Part shown: in pieces, positions 60,576-64,000 of the stretch | Layout of the letters: each line of letters starts with the position of its first letter | How positions within the stretch are numbered: the stretch's first letter is position 1 | Origin: Okamejei kenojei | Taxonomy: Eukaryota | Direction of reading: 5' to 3' | Assembly: GCA_035221665.1 (NCBI GenBank) | Contig: CM069134.1 | Span: forward strand, 94,860,001 to 94,924,000 | Length of the DNA stretch: 64,000 nt | Notes under the pieces: model-generated | Seen by the model: the letters and a program-made list of their open reading frames with translations, nothing else | Databases searched by the model: none | What the model was told of the DNA's origin: nothing | Position numbers and translations under genes: made by a program

Positions 60576-63557
60576 CTGCGCCAGAAAAGTAATAATGTTA
60601 CAGGATACATAAGTATAAATATGTCATCGTTTTGTAGGCCACAAACTACAAATAACGTTGAAGAAGAGTAAAGAGATCCAATTTATATATATAATAAACA
60701 CACACACCATTCAAAGTAGCAGCACTGGTGACCAGAGCGTAAGGAAATATTTTTACTAAGGATTGAACAGCGGAGTAACATTAAATACATTCATTTTATT
60801 TGGAACTCACTCATGCCAGAACTGTCCTAGTATCCAAATATAAGTAGGAATATAAAGGCACTGAGAATGGAAGGAACCAAGGGACTGACAAGGATTACAT
60901 GAAACCTGAAAGGATATAATGCACGGAGAAAGCGGTTCTGTTCTGAATTCATTCAATAGAGATTGATAGTCTTTTGCACATCAAGGGAATCAAAGGGTAT
61001 GGGGATAATGCAGAAACAATTATGTTGATCCATAATCAGACATGAACCGGATGAATAATGGAGCAGATGAACTTTATATTTTTTGCCCCAGAATCTGAGA
61101 GAAGCTTTCGAGAAAGTTGTTTCAAAATGAGGGAAAGAGAGGAAAAGTTACAAATATTAATGTTACACAATTCTTTGTACCCATTGCACAACATTTGTCT
61201 AAATTTTGCTCCATTTCATAAAAAATACTTAAATGACTTGGGTGCTGGTTCACCTGTGATGAAAGCGGCCTTGTTCACCTTGCTTTCTTCCTCATGCCCT
61301 TTCTTCTGACTCAGCCCACCTAGTATTGTGTACATTGGTATAATATCTTTAAATGCCATATTTTAAAATAAATTTTGATTGCATAGAAGCAAATGTGAAC
61401 GTGTGCCTACATGTGCAGCTGACAGTTGCATAGCAACCTTAGTGCTTGACGGTTCAAAGATTTGCTTGGAAAATATTTTGCATTAACAAATGTGCTTCAT
61501 GCATTTTGATTGACTTGTCAGCAATGACCAGTGCTATTTTGTGTCATTATTGACAAGTACAGTGAACTGGCACCTCTAAAAAGTTAAAAACAATTTTTTT
61601 ACATTTTTAAAAATAACATTTAGCTGCGGCTTGATACTTGGCTAAGATTTTAATAAGATAAATGGATGCAATAGAAACCATGGTGAAAATTCCCCACATT
61701 ACCTTTTGCATCTTGGAATGAGTGTTGCAAAGTGAGGGGAAGGGAGGAAAAGTCACAGATTTTGGTGTTACGTCTTTCAAATGAAAATAAGTAACAAGGG
61801 AATTCCCTACCTGATCGCTCGTACATGTTTCATGACTCGTAACCAAAGGAATATGGTTGTTACTGCGCAAAGTCGAATATGGGTTGTATGAATAGTATCA
61901 CTAGACAATGACAGATCAGCTGCATAAGTTCCAATCAAAGCAAAGAGCAACAGATAGACCAACCAATCAAACAAATTCCTGTGAAAAACAGATAACAGTC
62001 ATGTCAGTGATGTAAATCATTGTAGATGAACTATAGTCATATTTTGTTTAGATTTAAATTTAAGTTTTGCCAAGCGTCAACTGTGTTTGATTACCAAACT
62101 TGCTGCAGTTTTACAGGCCCATTAATGTAATAACAGAACAATAAATATACAATAATCAATAATACAGTGGTGGATTTGCAGCCTTATAGTGCTAGAGACC
62201 CGAGTTTGATCCCAACTACAGCTGCTGTCTTACAGAGTTTGTACGGTCTCCTTGTGACAGTGCGGGACCTTATCAAAGGCTTTCTGAAAGTCTAGATTCA
62301 AATAATAGTGTCTCAACATCTGAATCATTGGGGCAGATTGTATCCTTAACACCAGCACTTATATAGGGTAGATAGGAGACACACAGGTTGATGAGACCAT
62401 TCTGTGAGTGCTGCCCACTGCCTGCACTAACACTGCCCCTGTGCCACATGGAGCCATGCTGTAGTGCAGGAGACTGGGCTTCCATTGGAAGTCTTCCAAA
62501 GTGGCTCCTGATACAAAGCATACCAACAGATGGGCACCCAATGATTTAGGGCAATGGAAGATCTGGTCACTTCTAATAGCATGAATTGGAGCACTTACCC
62601 AAGTTGGCACAAAAGTTAGGGGTCGTGCATTCAGGTGTTTATGAATCTTTAACAATGTGATCACTTGTAATTAATTATTTCAATCAATTGTCTGAGCATG
62701 TGGAATCTCATTCTTTCCGAATTTAGTGCTGGAGATTTTTAAGAGCATTTAAACTGTTTTAATATAACACCTTTATTGCTCTCATAATCCATTTCCCTTT
62801 CCACCCCATTACTTCACTGAGTAAATGATCTCAATCCAACATATTTCCTGGTTGTCTCAGTGAGGATTCTGGATTCAGAAGAGCTAGTCTGTTGTCTTTT
62901 CCACTCAGGGAAGCCATGTAAAGTGAACTATACTAGATTAGATCAAATCTGTTTTAAATCCTGCACCACTCAACAGCAACTGTTTGTCATAGTAACCAGA
63001 AGGCCCTGTTTCTCCTCCACCAACCTCAAACTATCCGTTCTGAGGAAACGTGCTCGAAACAATTCTAGGTACTAGGTACATCCTTCGCAAATGCCAAGGT
63101 CAATAGGTACAATATGTTCTTGCAATTGGACATTCAAAAACCTTCAATAACAATAAATGCACCTAATAATGCTACAGGAGCAGCATCAACATCATCCCAG
63201 GAATATATTTAAAAAAATAATAGCCACCTTTGCCATTTTCTGGTTACTTTTTCACAATTACAACAGGAGTGGGCCCTTACTTTCAGCCCACAAATAAATA
63301 GCAACTGAAGACAATATTTAATGACAAACTCATGCATATTGTACAACTAGAAGAAAACTTTGGTCGATATCCTTACCAAAAATCATTGAAATAATGGGGA
63401 TGCAAGTCATCTAGTGCACTCAGTTGCTTCTTAAGATATGACTCCTCCTGCCAATAGAGTTTAGTTTAGTTTATTATTGCCACGTGTACCGAGTACAGAA
63501 AAACATTTTTTGTTGCATGCTGTATCAATAAACAGTTCCATCCCATTCTAGAATTTA

Positions 63558-63870
63558 GGGCGGCACGCTGGCGCAGCAGTAGAACTGCTGCCTTACAGCG
63601 CTTTCAGTGCCAGAGACCCGAGTTCGATTCCGACTACGGGTGCTGTCTGTACGGAGATTGTATGTTCTCCTCGTTACCGTGTGAGTTTTATCCAAGATCT
63701 TCGGTTTTGAACCACACTCCAAAGACGTACAGGTTTGTAGGTAAATTGGCTTGGTATAAATGTCAAATTGTCCCTGGTGTGTGTAGGGTAGTGTTAATGT
63801 GCAGGGATCGCAGGTCGGCATGAACTCAGTGGGCCGAAGGTCCTGTTTCCGTGCTGCAAACTAAACTAAA
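63558..63870 (+). mobile_element. tRNA-derived SINE (HE1-like), near full length
   Basis: A-box tggcgcagcagt, B-box gagttcgattcc, a CR1-like 3' part and an (aacta)n tail. Confidence 0.88.
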
Positions 63871-64000
63871 TTAATTAAGGATGAAATTATTAACATATGA
63901 TGTATTGAAGGTGAACATAAAATTATGAGCAGAAAATAAAAAAATGAAAATAATAATTCTGAAGATAAAATATCCGATGACATGCCAGTTAAATGATTTA

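Noticed and set aside
62599-62664. Possible upstream TRP exon ending at a GTAAGT donor (also donor-like sites near 61703 and 63280)
   Set aside because: The required phase-2 frame at 62599 contains a stop, and none of these segments encodes an S3/S4-like helix; the upstream exons probably lie outside the window.
63558-63640. tRNA gene
   Set aside because: The A and B boxes are the head of a multi-copy SINE; there is no complete cloverleaf, and the SINE body follows directly.

Overview
Repeat-dense eukaryotic DNA, most likely from a cartilaginous fish such as a skate or ray (inferred from HE1-like tRNA SINEs and the CR1, Rex1 and Penelope mix). The only host gene I can support is the 3' half of a non-canonical TRP-like cation channel on the minus strand. 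It has five phase-compatible exons (60575-60457, 59589-59391, 54433-54232, 42837-42713, 39803-39646 or to the stop at 39584) plus a candidate terminal exon at 32124; the 5' exons probably lie beyond the window. Most other ORFs are transposon remnants: CR1, Rex1/Babar, RTE, L1, Tx1, Penelope, Tc1, hAT-like, Helitron-like elements and a solo LTR. The most unusual structures are: (1) three separate Tx1-type insertions stacked at the same 13-16 bp site inside a solo LTR; (2) a Tigger/pogo-like TIR element carrying a frameshifted exon 1 and splice donor of a Gq-class G-alpha gene (Pack-TIR-like capture); (3) the atypical TRP channel itself; (4) a near-full-length CR1 holding five nested insertions; and (5) hammerhead-ribozyme cores in Penelope terminal repeats. 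All calls were made by eye with no database search, and boundaries of old repeats are approximate.
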